From: an uncultured Candidatus Rokubacteria bacterium
GTDB lineage: Bacteria > Methylomirabilota > Methylomirabilia > Rokubacteriales > CSP1-6
Reading direction: 5' to 3'
NCBI GenBank assembly: GCA_963789955.1
Contig: CAWBMV010000019.1
Location: forward strand, 1 to 64,000
Length of the DNA: 64,000 bases
Positions 18,948 through 29,616 of the stretch are shown here, in pieces. The notes below the pieces were generated by a model. The model was given only the letters and a program-made list of their open reading frames with translations, had not been told where the DNA came from and made no database searches. Position 1 is the first letter of the stretch; each line of letters begins with the position of its first letter. Both the position numbers and the translations under genes were made by a program.

Positions 18948-19837
18948 ACGCGCTCTTCCAGCTCCTCGAGCGTTCGCGGCCAGTCCTGCTTGAGCAGGCG
19001 TGACAGCGCGCGGTCGGCGAGGAGCCGGCCGCCGGTCTGACAGACCGCGCAGTAGTTCGTCTCGTTGTCGGCGTAGGCGATCCGCTGCACCGGCGATCCG
19101 CACACCGGACACGGCTTGCCGTAGCGTCCGTGCACGGCCATGCCTTCGCGGAACGCCGTGACTCCCTCCGGGAACTCGCCGCCTGCCTGCGCGCGAATCC
19201 GCTCGCACCAGTCCAGCAAGGTCGCGCGCGTCGCCTCGAGCAGTCGCGCGCTGTCTTCGGTCGAGAGCTGGCGGGTCTGCTTCACGGGCGAGAGCTTGGC
19301 GCGATGCAGGATCTCGTCGGAGTACGCGTTGCCGATCCCGCTCAGGATGCCCGGATCGGTCAGCGCGCGCTTGAGCGTGTGGTTCTCGCGCGTCAGCGCG
19401 GCGTGGAACGTCGCCGCGTCGGTGTCGAGCACCTCGAGCCCGCCCGGATCGTGCTCGCTGAGCCCGGCCTCGCCGCGCACCAGATAGAGCGCCGCGCGAC
19501 GCTTCGTTCCCGCCTCGGTCAGCACGAGCGTTCCCGACGAGAAGTCGAAGGCGGCCAGACCGATCTTGCCGGGCAGCTTGGCGCCCGCGGGCTTCCAGTG
19601 CAGACGCCCGGCGATCATGAGATGCAGCATCACGAAGAGATCGCCCTCGAGGCGGATCACGATGCGCTTGCCGAGTCGCTGGAGCCCGGTGACGCGGCGG
19701 TTGGTCACCTCGCCGATGGGCGGATCGACCGAGCGGAGCAGGAACGGGCTCGCGAGCCGTATACGCTCGAGGGTCGCGCCCGCGATGCGCGCCTCGAGCG
19801 CCTCGATGTAGACGGCGACGTCGGGCAGCTCAGGCAT
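18878..19837 (-). CDS. Fpg/Nei family DNA glycosylase
   Basis: N-terminal PELPDV, HL.IAG, H2TH GIGNAYSDEIL, C-terminal zinc finger CPVC...CAVCQ. Confidence 0.92.
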   Translation of the reverse strand: MPELPDVAVYIEALEARIAGATLERIRLASPFLLRSVDPPIGEVTNRRVTGLQRLGKRIVIRLEGDLFVMLHLMIAGRLHWKPAGAKLPGKIGLAAFDFSSGTLVLTEAGTKRRAALYLVRGEAGLSEHDPGGLEVLDTDAATFHAALTRENHTLKRALTDPGILSGIGNAYSDEILHRAKLSPVKQTRQLSTEDSARLLEATRATLLDWCERIRAQAGGEFPEGVTAFREGMAVHGRYGKPCPVCGSPVQRIAYADNETNYCAVCQTGGRLLADRALSRLLKQDWPRTLEELEERVQAGRRGVSARSTSASEGVGPSL

Positions 19838-19862
19838 CCGGCGGATGGACCGGCGGCGGGCG

Positions 19863-20543
19863 CTACACGAGCGGCCAGGGGTAGCGGTGGCCGCTGGCGT
19901 CGACCGGGAAGCACTCGGAGCTGGCGAGCGCCGACGCGCGGGCGCGCAGCGCCTTCTGCTCGTCCTGATCCAGGAGCTTGGCGAGCGCCTTCGGGAGCTT
20001 CGCGCGGGTGAAGCGCCGGACGTCCGCCAGCATCTCGGACGGGATCGGCTCGCCGCCGAAGTCCCAGATGACCGTGCGGAGCTTCGGCTCGACGTGGAAG
20101 CACAGGCCGTTGTCGACGCCGTAGATACCGTCCGGGCCGAGCAGGCAGTGGCCGCTCTTGCGGTCGGCGTTGTTGGCGACGAGATCGAAGAGACACATCC
20201 GCTGGAGCTGGGGGTGGTGCTCCGGCTTCTCGCGCAAGGTGAAGTAGTGCTGCTCGAAGTCGGCGTCGATGAAGAGCTGGAACGAGCCCTCGCCGTACGG
20301 GCCGTCGCGCTCGATCGTGAGCGGCACGAGCCCCCAGCCGAACGCCTCGGACAGATGCCACGCGGCGAGCTCGCGCTTGTAGAGCCCGCGCGGAAAATCC
20401 CAGAGCGGCCGCTCGCCGCGCTCCGGCTTGTACACCGCGCGAGTCGTCACACCCGCGAGCGCCAGCTCGACGAGGAACGTCGCGTTGGATGCCCACGGCA
20501 TGCGGCCCTTCAGGGTCACCTCGCCGCGGGCGAGGACGTCCAA
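19863..20543 (-). CDS. SCO1664 family protein (PI3/4-kinase-like fold)
   Basis: SNATF, VYKP..GERPLWDFP, NNADRKSGH, DNGLCFH.EPKLRTV.W, PWP C-terminus. Confidence 0.85.
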   Translation of the reverse strand: MDVLARGEVTLKGRMPWASNATFLVELALAGVTTRAVYKPERGERPLWDFPRGLYKRELAAWHLSEAFGWGLVPLTIERDGPYGEGSFQLFIDADFEQHYFTLREKPEHHPQLQRMCLFDLVANNADRKSGHCLLGPDGIYGVDNGLCFHVEPKLRTVIWDFGGEPIPSEMLADVRRFTRAKLPKALAKLLDQDEQKALRARASALASSECFPVDASGHRYPWPLV

Positions 20544-20547
20544 GGTC

Positions 20548-21048
20548 TCAGTGGACGACGTGGCCGTTGCTCCGCGGGCAGGTATGCCCGCCGGGATCCT
20601 TGGGCTGGCTGCACCACGGGCAGATCTGGCGGCTCCCCTTCATCAGGACGTCCGCCTGCTTGACGAACGCCGCCGCCTGGGCGCGCGTGATCAGGACCCG
20701 CGCCGACGCCGGATCACCGCCTTCCTCTTCTTCCAGGAGCTCGTTGGCGACGACCAGGATGCGATCGCGCGCCTCGTCGTAGCCGACCGCGATCGAGGCG
20801 ACGATCCAGGCGACGTCGACGGGCTCGAGCAGCGAGAGGTCGCGAGGGGCCCGCTCGCCGACGGCCGGCAGCTTCTCGAGAAGGCTCGAAAGATACTGGG
20901 CGAGCGCGCGCACCTGCTCCTTCTCGCTCTTCAGGGTGACGAGCGTGCCCTTCTCACGAGACTGCAGATAGAAGACGCGCTGGCCCGGCGGCCCGACGGC
21001 GCCGGCGGTGAAGTGATCGGGGGCGACGAATTCGAACGACGAGCTCAT
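20548..21048 (-). CDS. DUF3090 family protein
   Basis: FTAGAVGPPGQRVFYLQ, EKEQV, C-terminal CPWC..P.DP.GH.CPRSNGH. Confidence 0.88.
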   Translation of the reverse strand: MSSSFEFVAPDHFTAGAVGPPGQRVFYLQSREKGTLVTLKSEKEQVRALAQYLSSLLEKLPAVGERAPRDLSLLEPVDVAWIVASIAVGYDEARDRILVVANELLEEEEGGDPASARVLITRAQAAAFVKQADVLMKGSRQICPWCSQPKDPGGHTCPRSNGHVVH

Positions 21049-21671
21049 TTGCCTCCAAGCCAACCGAGATCCCCGTCGACGGAGTTCACGGTGAGCACGA
21101 CCGGTCCATGGCGATGGTACCCGATCGCCGTGACGGAGCACGGCGCGATCATGATGCGCTGGAAGAGATCGAGGTGGATGCCCAGCGCGTGAGCAACCGC
21201 CGCCTTGATCGGATCGGCATGCGAGACGGCGACCACGGTGGCGCCGGGATGGCGTTCGACGATCCGGGCCAGCGCCGAGACGACGCGCGTCTGCATCTCG
21301 ATGAACGACTCGCCGCCCGGGAAGCGAAACCCGCTCGGATGGCGCTGCACGGTCTGCCACTCGGGCTTGCGGGAGAGCTGCCAGAGCTTCTGACCCGTCC
21401 ATTCGCCGACGTCGCCGTCGGCCAGGTCACGCTCGACGCGCACCGCGAGGCCGTGCGTGCGCGCGATCGGCAGCGCGGTCTCGCGCGCGCGCTCGAGCTG
21501 CGAGGCGTACACGGCCGCGAGCTTGGGCAGCTTGTCGATCCGCGCCGCCACCACGTTCGCCTGCCGCTGACCTTCTTCGGCGAGATGCAGGCCCGGCGCC
21601 TGCCCCGGGAGCACCTTGCCGGTCGTCGGCGTCTGCCCGTGGCGGACCAGGAGAACGAGGGTCGGACGCAC
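21045..21671 (-). CDS. Histidine phosphatase / MSMEG_4193-like putative phosphomutase
   Basis: LVRHG, FRFPGGES, VSHADPIK, LDLFQRI; GTG start 6 nt after TATAAT. Confidence 0.88.
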   Translation of the reverse strand: MRPTLVLLVRHGQTPTTGKVLPGQAPGLHLAEEGQRQANVVAARIDKLPKLAAVYASQLERARETALPIARTHGLAVRVERDLADGDVGEWTGQKLWQLSRKPEWQTVQRHPSGFRFPGGESFIEMQTRVVSALARIVERHPGATVVAVSHADPIKAAVAHALGIHLDLFQRIMIAPCSVTAIGYHRHGPVVLTVNSVDGDLGWLGGK

Positions 21672-21677
21672 GCGCCG

Positions 21678-21683
21678 ATTATA
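21678..21683 (-). promoter_or_regulatory. -10 box of probable leaderless transcript
   Basis: TATAAT on the minus strand 6 nt upstream of GTG 21671; no SD sequence. Confidence 0.6.
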
Positions 21684-21742
21684 TCCGGCAGATCGAGCCC
21701 GTACGACGGCGGCGCACAGACGTCCGCGCGCGCCGCGTCGTC

Positions 21743-22637
21743 TCAGTAGTCCCGGGGATCGAGGAGATCGCGCAGGCCGTCGCCGGCGAGATTGAACGAC
21801 AGGGCGAGCGAGAAGATCGCGAGCCCCGGCCACCAGGCCATCCACGGCGCCGTGTCGAGGAACTGCTGGGCGGTGTTCAGCATCGTGCCCCAGCTCGGGG
21901 CGGGCGGCTGCACGCCGAGGCCGAGGAACGAGAGCACGGCCTCGGCGATGATCGCGATCGGGATCGAGATCGTGGCCTGCACCATGAGCGAGCTCACGAT
22001 GTTCGGCAGGACGTGACGGCTCATGAGTCTCAGATCGCCGGCGCCGAGCGCGCGGGCGCCCTGCACGTAGTCTTCGGCGGCGGTCGAGAGCACGAGGCCG
22101 CGCGTGAGCCGGATGTAGGTCGGCGTCGCGCCGAGCCCGATCGCGATGGTGGCGTTGGTGAGCGAGGGCCCCATGATCGTCACCAGCCCGATGGCCAGGA
22201 TCAGGAACGGGAACGCGAGCCACGCGTCGGTCAGCCGCATGATCGCCTGGTCGAGGGCGCCGCGATAGAAGCCCGCGACGAGGCCGAGCGGCACGCCGAC
22301 GGCGATCGCCAAGCAGGATCGAGAACACGCCGGCCTGCATCGAGATGCGCGAGCCCCAGACGACGCGCGCGAAGGTGTCGCGTCCGAGATCGTCGGTGCC
22401 GAACGGATGCGCGAGGCTCGGCGCCTTGCGGATCAGCTTCCAGTCGGTCTGCATCGGATCGGCGCCGGCGATCCACGGCGCCGCGATCGCGGCGACCACG
22501 AAGAGGAGCACGATCACCGCGCCCACCACGGATGCCGGCCGGCGCCGGGCCTGCCGCCAGGCCCGGGCGAGGCGGTCCGGCTCCGCCGACAGCGTCTGGG
22601 CCAGCACCGCAGTCGTCGCGGTCGTGCTAGGACTCAC
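21743..22637 (-). CDS. Peptide ABC transporter permease (DppC-like), frameshift near 22312
   Basis: HPFGTDDLGRD in one frame; EAA-loop region, SFLGLG and GDGLRDLLDP in another. Confidence 0.85.
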
Positions 22638-23592
22638 GGGGCGTGCCCCCGATGCGGATGCGAGGATTCAGGAGCGAGTAGGACAGGTCGACCAGGAGGT
22701 TGATCAGCACGTACGAGCTGGCCGTGATGAGCACCACGCCCTGCACCAGCGGATAGTCGCGCGTGAACACCGATTCGACGATGAGGCGACCGAACCCGGG
22801 CACGACGAAGATCTGCTCGGTGACGACCGCCCCGCTCATCAGCGCGCCCATCTGCAGACCGAGAATCGTGACGACGGGGATCAGGCTGTTGCGGATCGCG
22901 TGGCGGAAGACGACGGCGCGGCCGGCCAGCCCCTTGCTGTACGCGGTCCGGATGTAGTCCGCGCTCATGACCTCGATCATGCTGTTGCGAGTCTGCCGCA
23001 TCAGGACGGCGGCGAGGGCGGTGCCCAGCACGAACGCCGGCATGATCATGCGCTTGAGGTTGTCGAGCGGGCTCTCCCAGATCGGCACGAAGCCGGACGC
23101 CGGCAGCCAGCCGAGCTGCACCGAGAAGAACAGGATCAGCATGATCCCCAGCCAGAAGTTCGGGAATCGACACGCCGCCCAGCGACGCGCCGCTGGCCAG
23201 CATGTCCCAGACCGTGTTGCGGCGCACCGCCGCCAGCACGCCCGGCCGGAATGGCGATGCCGACCGCGATGAGCAGCGACAGGAACGCGAGCTCCATCGT
23301 GATCGGCAGCTTGGTGGCGACCGTGTTGACCACCGATTCGCGCGTGCGGATCGAGTGCACCGAGATCGCCGCGGAGCGCCAGCCCCACCCAGCGCAGGTA
23401 CTGGAGCGGAATCGGGTCGCCGAGGCCGTACTTCTCGCGAATCGCCTCGATGCCGGCGGCGTCGGCGTCGGTCCCGGCCAGGACGCGGGCCGGATCGCCG
23501 GGGATCATGCGGACGCCGGTGAAGACGACCATGCTGATGACGAAGAGGGTCACGACCGAGATCGCGGCCCTCTGGACCAGGAAGTCGAACAC
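22627..23592 (-). CDS. Peptide ABC transporter permease (DppB-like), internal compensating frameshifts
   Basis: PGDPA, PNFWLG, DYIRTAYSKG, HAIRN, RDYPLVQG. Confidence 0.87.
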   Translation of the reverse strand: MFDFLVQRAAISVVTLFVISMVVFTGVRMIPGDPARVLAGTDADAAGIEAIREKYGLGDPIPLQYLRWVGLALRGDLGALDPHARIGGQHGRHQAADHDGARVPVAAHRGRHRHSGRACWRRCAATRSGTCWPAARRWAACRFPNFWLGIMLILFFSVQLGWLPASGFVPIWESPLDNLKRMIMPAFVLGTALAAVLMRQTRNSMIEVMSADYIRTAYSKGLAGRAVVFRHAIRNSLIPVVTILGLQMGALMSGAVVTEQIFVVPGFGRLIVESVFTRDYPLVQGVVLITASSYVLINLLVDLSYSLLNPRIRIGGTPRES

Positions 23593-23612
23593 CGGCGCCG
23601 CCGACTACCGGA

Positions 23613-25166
23613 TCAGTTCCAGGACGTGCCCTTGATCCGGATCAGACCGTCGGGCACGGCCTTGTACCCTTTCAGGTTCTTGGGGAAGGCGACGATGTAG
23701 TTCGGGTGGTAGATGTAGATGATGTTGCGCCGCGCCGTGAAGAGGTCGATCGCTTCGCGGTAGAGAGCTCGTCGCTGATCGACGTCGCTCACCTCGCGCG
23801 CCCGGTTCAGGATCGCGTCGATCTTCTCGTCGCAGGCGAGCGTGGCGTTCAGGCTCCCCTTGCAGGTCTGATTCATGTGGATGTTGCCGTCGGGATCCAC
23901 GCGGCCGCTCCAGCCGATCTGGAACGCCTGGTGCTTGCCGTCGTCGTCGTCGGTCAGCGCCGAGGCGAACTCCTGGGCGCGCAGCGAGATGTTGAAGCCG
24001 GCCTCGCGCGCCATCTGCTGGATGACCTCGGCCACCCGGCGCTCGCGTGGATTGTTGACGACGGTCATCTCGAAGCTGTAGCCGCCGGCGAGCCCGGCGT
24101 CGGCCAGGAGCTTCTTGGCGCGCGCCACGTCGCGGCCGGGGCACTTGCGGCTCTTGTCGAAGAAGACGCTGATCGGCGGGATCGGCGTGCAGCCCGGCGT
24201 GAAGAGTCCGTCCCACGCCACCTGGTTCAGAGCCTCGCGATCGATGCTGAGCTCGAACGCCTCACGCACGCGCGGGTCGTTGGCCAGCGGCGTGCCGAGG
24301 TCGCCGGGCGGGTTCTGCTTGCCGGTCTTGTTGCGCAGGTTGATCGTGATGCCCTGATAGCCGAGCCCGGTCACGTTCGACAGCTCGAACCGCCCCTCGC
24401 GCTTGATGCGCGGTCGCGTCGGTCGGCGACACCTGGTGCATGACGTCGATGTCACCCGGATCGCAGATTGGCCAGGCGCACGTTGTCGTCGGGGATGATC
24501 CGGAAGATGATCTTGTCGAACTTCGCCTGGCCCGGATCGAAGTAGTGGGTGGACTTCTCGACGACGATGCGATCCTGCGCGACGCGCTCGGCGAACTGCC
24601 ACGGGCCCACGCAGACCGGCGCGGTGCCGAATTTCTCGCCGAGCTTGTTGACCGCCGTCGGCGAGAGCGGCATGCCCGCGCGATCGGTCAGCTGGGCGAC
24701 CAGCGGCGAGAACGGCGCCTTCAGGCGCAGGCGAATCGTGAGCGGATCGACGACCTCGACGGCCTCGACCGGCGCGAGCTCGCTGGCTCGATTCGATCCC
24801 TTCAGGGTGCGGTGCCGGTCCAGCGAGAAGCGGACCGACTCCGCGTCCATCGGCGTGCCGTCGTTGAACTTCACGCCCGAGCGCAGCTTGATCGTGACGG
24901 TCCGGCCGCCGTCGGTGATCGCCGGCATGCTGGCGGCCAGCTGCGGATGGATCCGCAGCCCCTCGTCGATGTCGTAGAGCTTCTCGCACATCTGGGAAAA
25001 GATGATCCGCCCGACGTACGTGCGGGCCAGGGTCGGGATCGAGGATGTCGGGATCCTGGTTGAGCGCGACGACGAGCGTCTTCTTCTGCGCATGGGCGGC
25101 CTCGGTCAGGGTGAGCGCGACGAGCGCCCCCAGGACGAGCGCGAATCCCTTGATGGTCCTTGGCAT
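23613..25166 (-). CDS. Peptide ABC transporter substrate-binding protein (family 5), frameshifted
   Basis: Signal peptide; LRSGVKFNDGTP, DPRVREAF, GWSGRVDPD spread across frames. Confidence 0.85.
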   Translation of the reverse strand: MPRTIKGFALVLGALVALTLTEAAHAQKKTLVVALNQDPDILDPDPGPHVRRADHLFPDVREALRHRRGAADPSAAGRQHAGDHRRRPDRHDQAALGREVQRRHADGRGVGPLLAGPAPHPEGIESSQRARAGRGRRGRRSAHDSPAPEGAVLAAGRPADRSRGHAALADGGQQARREIRHRAGLRGPVAVRRARRAGSHRRREVHPLLRSGPGEVRQDHLPDHPRRQRAPGQSAIRVTSTSCTRCRRPTRPRIKREGRFELSNVTGLGYQGITINLRNKTGKQNPPGDLGTPLANDPRVREAFELSIDREALNQVAWDGLFTPGCTPIPPISVFFDKSRKCPGRDVARAKKLLADAGLAGGYSFEMTVVNNPRERRVAEVIQQMAREAGFNISLRAQEFASALTDDDDGKHQAFQIGWSGRVDPDGNIHMNQTCKGSLNATLACDEKIDAILNRAREVSDVDQRRALYREAIDLFTARRNIIYIYHPNYIVAFPKNLKGYKAVPDGLIRIKGTSWN

Positions 25167-25228
25167 GGTCCGCTCCTCTGGAATTCGAATATCCCGTGCC
25201 GGGTGGCCGGAACGGGGCGCATCATACC

Positions 25229-26853
25229 TCACGCGGGCGCGATGCGTCTCAGCGCCTCTTCGCGCAGGTTCACCTTCTGGATCTTGCCCGAGCTCGTCAT
25301 CGGAAAGTCGTCCACGAAAATCACGTGGCGGGGGATCTTGAAGCCCGCGATCCGGCCCTTGCACTGCGCGAGCAGGTCGCCGTCGGTGAGCGCGTGGCCG
25401 GGCTCGCGCTTCACGAAGGCGACGCCCACTTCCGACAGGCGCGCGTCGGGAAAGCTCACGACGGCGGCCAGGTTGATGCCGGCCAGGCCCATCAGGAACG
25501 CTTCGACCTCCATCGGGTCGACGTTCTCGCCGCCGATCTTGAGCATGTCCTTGTAGCGACCCATGAACCGCAGATGCCCGTCGCTCCGCATGACGCCCAT
25601 GTCGCCCGAGTGCAGCCAGCCGTCACGGTCGAGCGCCTGCGCCGTCTCGGTGGGCTTGCCGTAGTAGCCCTGCATGGTCATGTAGCTCCGCACGAGGATC
25701 TCGCCGGCGACCTCCGGCGGTTGATCCAGCGCCCGTCTGGGGATCGACCACGCGGATCTCGTATCCCGGCGCGGGGAATCCCGACGCCTCGGTGCACTGC
25801 TCCTCGGTGGAATCGAGCGCGCTGAGCGCGGCGCCGACGCCGAACTCGCTCATGCCGTATCCCGAGAGCAACCGGCCGAACACCTTGCGCGCCTTGCGGG
25901 CAATCGGCACGGAGCTCGACATGCCGGTGGCGAGGATGCCGGTTCGGACGCTGGACACGTCTCTGGGAGAACGCTCGTGCGCCTCCATCAGTTCCTTGTA
26001 GTGCGTGTCGAAGCCGTGGAGGATCGTCGCGCGCTCCTGCTCGATCAGCGCCAGGCTCTCCGCGGGGTCGAAGGTCTCGGTGAGCACCTGGCGGGCCCCC
26101 GTCACCATCGACATGAGCGCGCCGTCGGAGAAGCCGAACAGGTGAAACAGCGGCAGGTACATCATGATCGTATCCGCCGGCGTGATCGCCATGCGAAAGG
26201 CCCGATCGACCAGGTTGCGGACGATCGCGTGATGCGTGCATCGCGCCCTTCGGGAACCCGGTCGTCCCGGAGGTGTACATGAAAAATGCGGTGGCGTCCG
26301 GATCTACCTCGGCGGCTCGCGCGCGGAGCGCGGCGGCGCTGACCTGGTCGCCCGCCGCGTGGGCAGCGGACCAGTGCAGGGTTTCGAGGTGCCGCTCGTC
26401 GCCGGCCGAGACGACGAGACGAAGGTGCTTGAATCGTTCTTCGCGCGCGCTCCCGGCGCGGAGAGACGGCGCCAGCTCCTTCACCATGCCGAGGTAGTCG
26501 ACGGGCCCGGAGCGATCGGCGATGAGCAGCACCGCGGCATCGGACTGGCCGAGGATGTAGGCGGTGTCCTCCGTACGCAGGCGCGTGTTGATCGGCACGA
26601 GCACCGCGCCGATCTTGATCACCGCGAACATCGCCTCGATGAACTCCGGGCGGTTCACCATCCAGAGCGCGACCTTCTCGCCGGGTCGCACGCCGAGCGC
26701 GATGAGCCCGCGGGCCAGCCGGTCGACGGAGGCCGACAGCTCGGCGAAGCTCCAGCGCCGTCCCTTGAAGTAGAGGGCTTCGCGCGCCCCCCAGCGCGCG
26801 GCCGCGCGCTCGGGCAGGGACCCCACCGTCTGCTTCGGAAACCAGTCGCCCAT
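25229..26853 (-). CDS. Acyl-CoA synthetase (AMP-binding), frameshifted
   Basis: YTSGTTGFPKG, PLFH, YGMSE, WLHSGD, GRYKDMLKIGGENV, SGKIQK in three ORF pieces. Confidence 0.9.
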
Positions 26854-26911
26854 GGGCCTCTCCAGTGGGAAGATTACCCTCCAAGACAGCCGTAAAAAAG
26901 GAGACCGCACG

Positions 26912-27441
26912 ATGACCGCCCTCGAGTTCATCCACGCCGAGCTGAAGCGCCTGCACGCGATGCTGGACAAGGCGATCGGCGACCTGACGCCGGCGCAGCT
27001 CCACGCGGTGCCCGCGAACCACCCCAAGGCGAACACGCTCGCGTGGATCTTCTGGCACTACGCGCGGACGGAAGACAACGTCGTGCGCTTCGTGCTGCAG
27101 AATCGCCGCGCGACCGTGTGGGCGGAAGGCGGGTACGCCGAGAAGCTCGGCCTGCCGCCGGTGGCCCAGGGCACGGGCATGTCGACGGCGGAGGCCCAGG
27201 CGCTGCGCCTGAAGGACGTCGCGCTGTTCCGGGACTACACGCAGAAGGTGTGGGCCAGCACCGAGGACTTCATCGCGAAGACGGACCCGGCGGCGCTCGA
27301 CGTGGTCATCACCGTGAAGCCGCTCGGCGAGATGCCGGGCATCCGCGCGCTCGGCCAGACCTGCGTCTCGCACGGCATGACCCACGCAGGCGAGATCGAG
27401 CTGGTGCGCACGCTGGTCGGAGTCGGTCGGCGGCCGGGTAG
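26912..27441 (+). CDS. DinB family protein (3' end frameshifted)
   Basis: NTLAWIFWH and H..THAGEI metal-binding histidines; AAGGAG RBS; probable true stop TAG 27439-27441. Confidence 0.78.
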
Positions 27442-27520
27442 TCGACGAGCCGTGCTGCGAGGACTGGGGTCCCGCCGTCGAGGCGAGCCTGATGACGGAC
27501 GCAGGCCACATAGTGCCGCT

Positions 27521-28912
27521 ATGAGCAAACCGCGGACGATCGGCGAGCTGCGAGCGAGCGGGTATCAGTCGAGGACGGTGAAACAGGAGCTGCGCGACAA
27601 TCTGATCGCGCGGCTCAAGAAGGGCGCCGGACTCTTTCCGGGCATCGTCGGCTACGAGGAGAGCGTGCTGCCGCAGATCGAGAACGCGATCCTCTCCGGC
27701 CAGGACATCGTCTTCCTGGGCGAGCGCGGCCAGGCCAAGACGCGGATGGCGCGTCTCTTGACCGAGCTGCTCGACGACGAGATGCCGGGCATGGCCGGCT
27801 GCGAGATCAACGACAACCCGTTCGCGCCGATCTGTCAGGCCTGCCGCCAGGCCGTCGCCGAGCGCGGTGACAAGGCCGAGATCGGCTGGATCCCGCGCGA
27901 TCGCCGCTACGGCGAGAAGCTCGCGACACCCGACATCACGATCGCCGATCTCATCGGCGAGGTCGATCCGATCAAGGTCGCCGAGGGCCGTTACCTCGCC
28001 GACGAGCTGACGATTCACTACGGGCTCGTGCCGCGGACCAACCGCGGCATCTTCGCGATCAACGAGCTGCCGGACCTGGCCGAGCGCATCCAGGTCGGCC
28101 TGCTCAACATCATGGAAGAGCGCGACGTCCAGATCCGCGGCTACAAGGTTCGCCTGCCGATCGACGTGTACGTCGTGGCCAGCGCCAACCCCGAGGACTA
28201 CACCAATCGCGGCCGGATCATCACGCCGCTCAAGGACCGCTTCGGCTCCCAGATCCGCACGCACTATCCGCGGAAGCTCGAAGACGAGATCGCGATCATG
28301 GAGGCCGAGCTCACGCAGTTCCCGGCGGCCGGCTTCCAGTACGCGCCGGCGACGTACATGAAGCAGGTCGTCGCCGAGCTGACCCACCTGGCGCGCAAGG
28401 CGCCGGAGATCAGCCAGCGCTCCGGCGTGTCGGTCCGCGTGAGCATCTGCAACTGGGAGAACCTCCTGTCCAACGCGCTCAAGCGCGCCATCCGTCTCGA
28501 CGAGCGCGAGGTGGCCCCGCGGGTGAGCGACCTCGGCGCCATCGTCGCCTCCACCAGCGGCAAGATCGAGCTGGAGACGCTCGGCGACGGCGGCGAGGAC
28601 AAGGTGCTCGGCAAGCTCGTCCAGAAGGCCGTGCTCAACGTCTTCAACCGGAGCTTCACGGGCGGCGAGCTGGACGCGGTCGTGGCCGCCTTCCAGGGCG
28701 GCTTCGGCATCGACGTCGCGGACTCGATGCCGTCGCCGGAGTACGTGCGCCAGATCACCGAGATGCGCGCGCTCCAGCCGGCCCTGAAGAAGCTCGGCGC
28801 CGGCGACCCGGCCAGCACCGCCGCGGCGCTCGAATTCGTGCTCGAAGGCCTGCATCTCAGCCGTAAGCTCAACAAGGACTCACGCGCCGGACGCTACCGC
28901 TACCGGAGCTGA
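27521..28912 (+). CDS. AAA+ ATPase (Mg-chelatase/MoxR-related, Rv0958-like)
   Basis: Walker A GERGQAKT, DPIKVAEGR, Walker B variant FAINELPDL, ANPEDYTNRGRIITPLKDR. Confidence 0.88.
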   Translation: MSKPRTIGELRASGYQSRTVKQELRDNLIARLKKGAGLFPGIVGYEESVLPQIENAILSGQDIVFLGERGQAKTRMARLLTELLDDEMPGMAGCEINDNPFAPICQACRQAVAERGDKAEIGWIPRDRRYGEKLATPDITIADLIGEVDPIKVAEGRYLADELTIHYGLVPRTNRGIFAINELPDLAERIQVGLLNIMEERDVQIRGYKVRLPIDVYVVASANPEDYTNRGRIITPLKDRFGSQIRTHYPRKLEDEIAIMEAELTQFPAAGFQYAPATYMKQVVAELTHLARKAPEISQRSGVSVRVSICNWENLLSNALKRAIRLDEREVAPRVSDLGAIVASTSGKIELETLGDGGEDKVLGKLVQKAVLNVFNRSFTGGELDAVVAAFQGGFGIDVADSMPSPEYVRQITEMRALQPALKKLGAGDPASTAAALEFVLEGLHLSRKLNKDSRAGRYRYRS

Positions 28913-28976
28913 GCCCGACGGGCCCTCCGGCTCCCTTCGCGGACCCGGCCGTACTCGACGCCGGCGGACCAGGGGG

Positions 28977-29566
28977 ATGGCGATGACGTCACGTCTCACG
29001 GCAGGCCTGGCGCTGGCGGTCGTCATCGCGGGCTGCGCGAGCTCAGCCAAGCCGCCTCAAGACACCCGTCGTGCTCGGGCAGACGAGTCGTCAGGAGATC
29101 CTTCAGCGTCTGGGCTACGCCGTATCGCGAGGGGACCTTCGCCAAGAACGGCAAGCAGCTCCAGACCATGACCTACGCCTTCGCGACGAGCGGTGGGACA
29201 CCCGCCCGCGCCGGCGTCAATCCGACGCGCGGTCAGGGCTTCTACTTTTTCGACGACAAGCTCGCCGGGTACGACTTCTCGAGCTCATGGAAAGAGGACC
29301 AGACCGATTTCGACGCCGCGAAGGTATCGGCGATCAAGAAGGGCGTGTCGACCCGCGATGACGTCGTGCGCTTGATTGGACGCCCCGGTGGCAAATATGC
29401 CTACCCGCTGATCAGCGATCAGAAGGCCCAGGCCGACGTCTACCTGTACGCCGAGACCAGCGGCGGCCCCTTCAACGCGAAGTTTCGTCAGAAGTACCTG
29501 ATCGTGACGTATGACGACCGCGGCGTCGTCAGCAACGTCGACTATCAGGAGATCACCCCGAAGTAG
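28977..29566 (+). CDS. Putative lipoprotein (BamE/SmpA-like repeats), frameshifted
   Basis: Lipobox VIAGC; motifs LGQTSRQEILQRLG and IKKGVSTRDDVVRLIGRP. Confidence 0.6.
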
Positions 29567-29616
29567 CGTCCCTCGCTTGCGGCGCGCGGTATCGTGAGCG
29601 GAAAAGGAGCACGCAT

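Noticed and set aside
26162..28855. Very long antisense and alternative-frame ORFs (897 aa here, 921 aa at 52604-55369 and many others)
   Set aside because: Shadow ORFs expected at high GC; they overlap well-supported genes and contain no recognisable motifs.
26852..28912. 686-aa DinB-AAA ATPase fusion in the ORF track
   Set aside because: The linker reads like off-frame sequence; one missing base near 27426 restores a DinB stop at 27441, and the ATPase has its own ATG at 27521.
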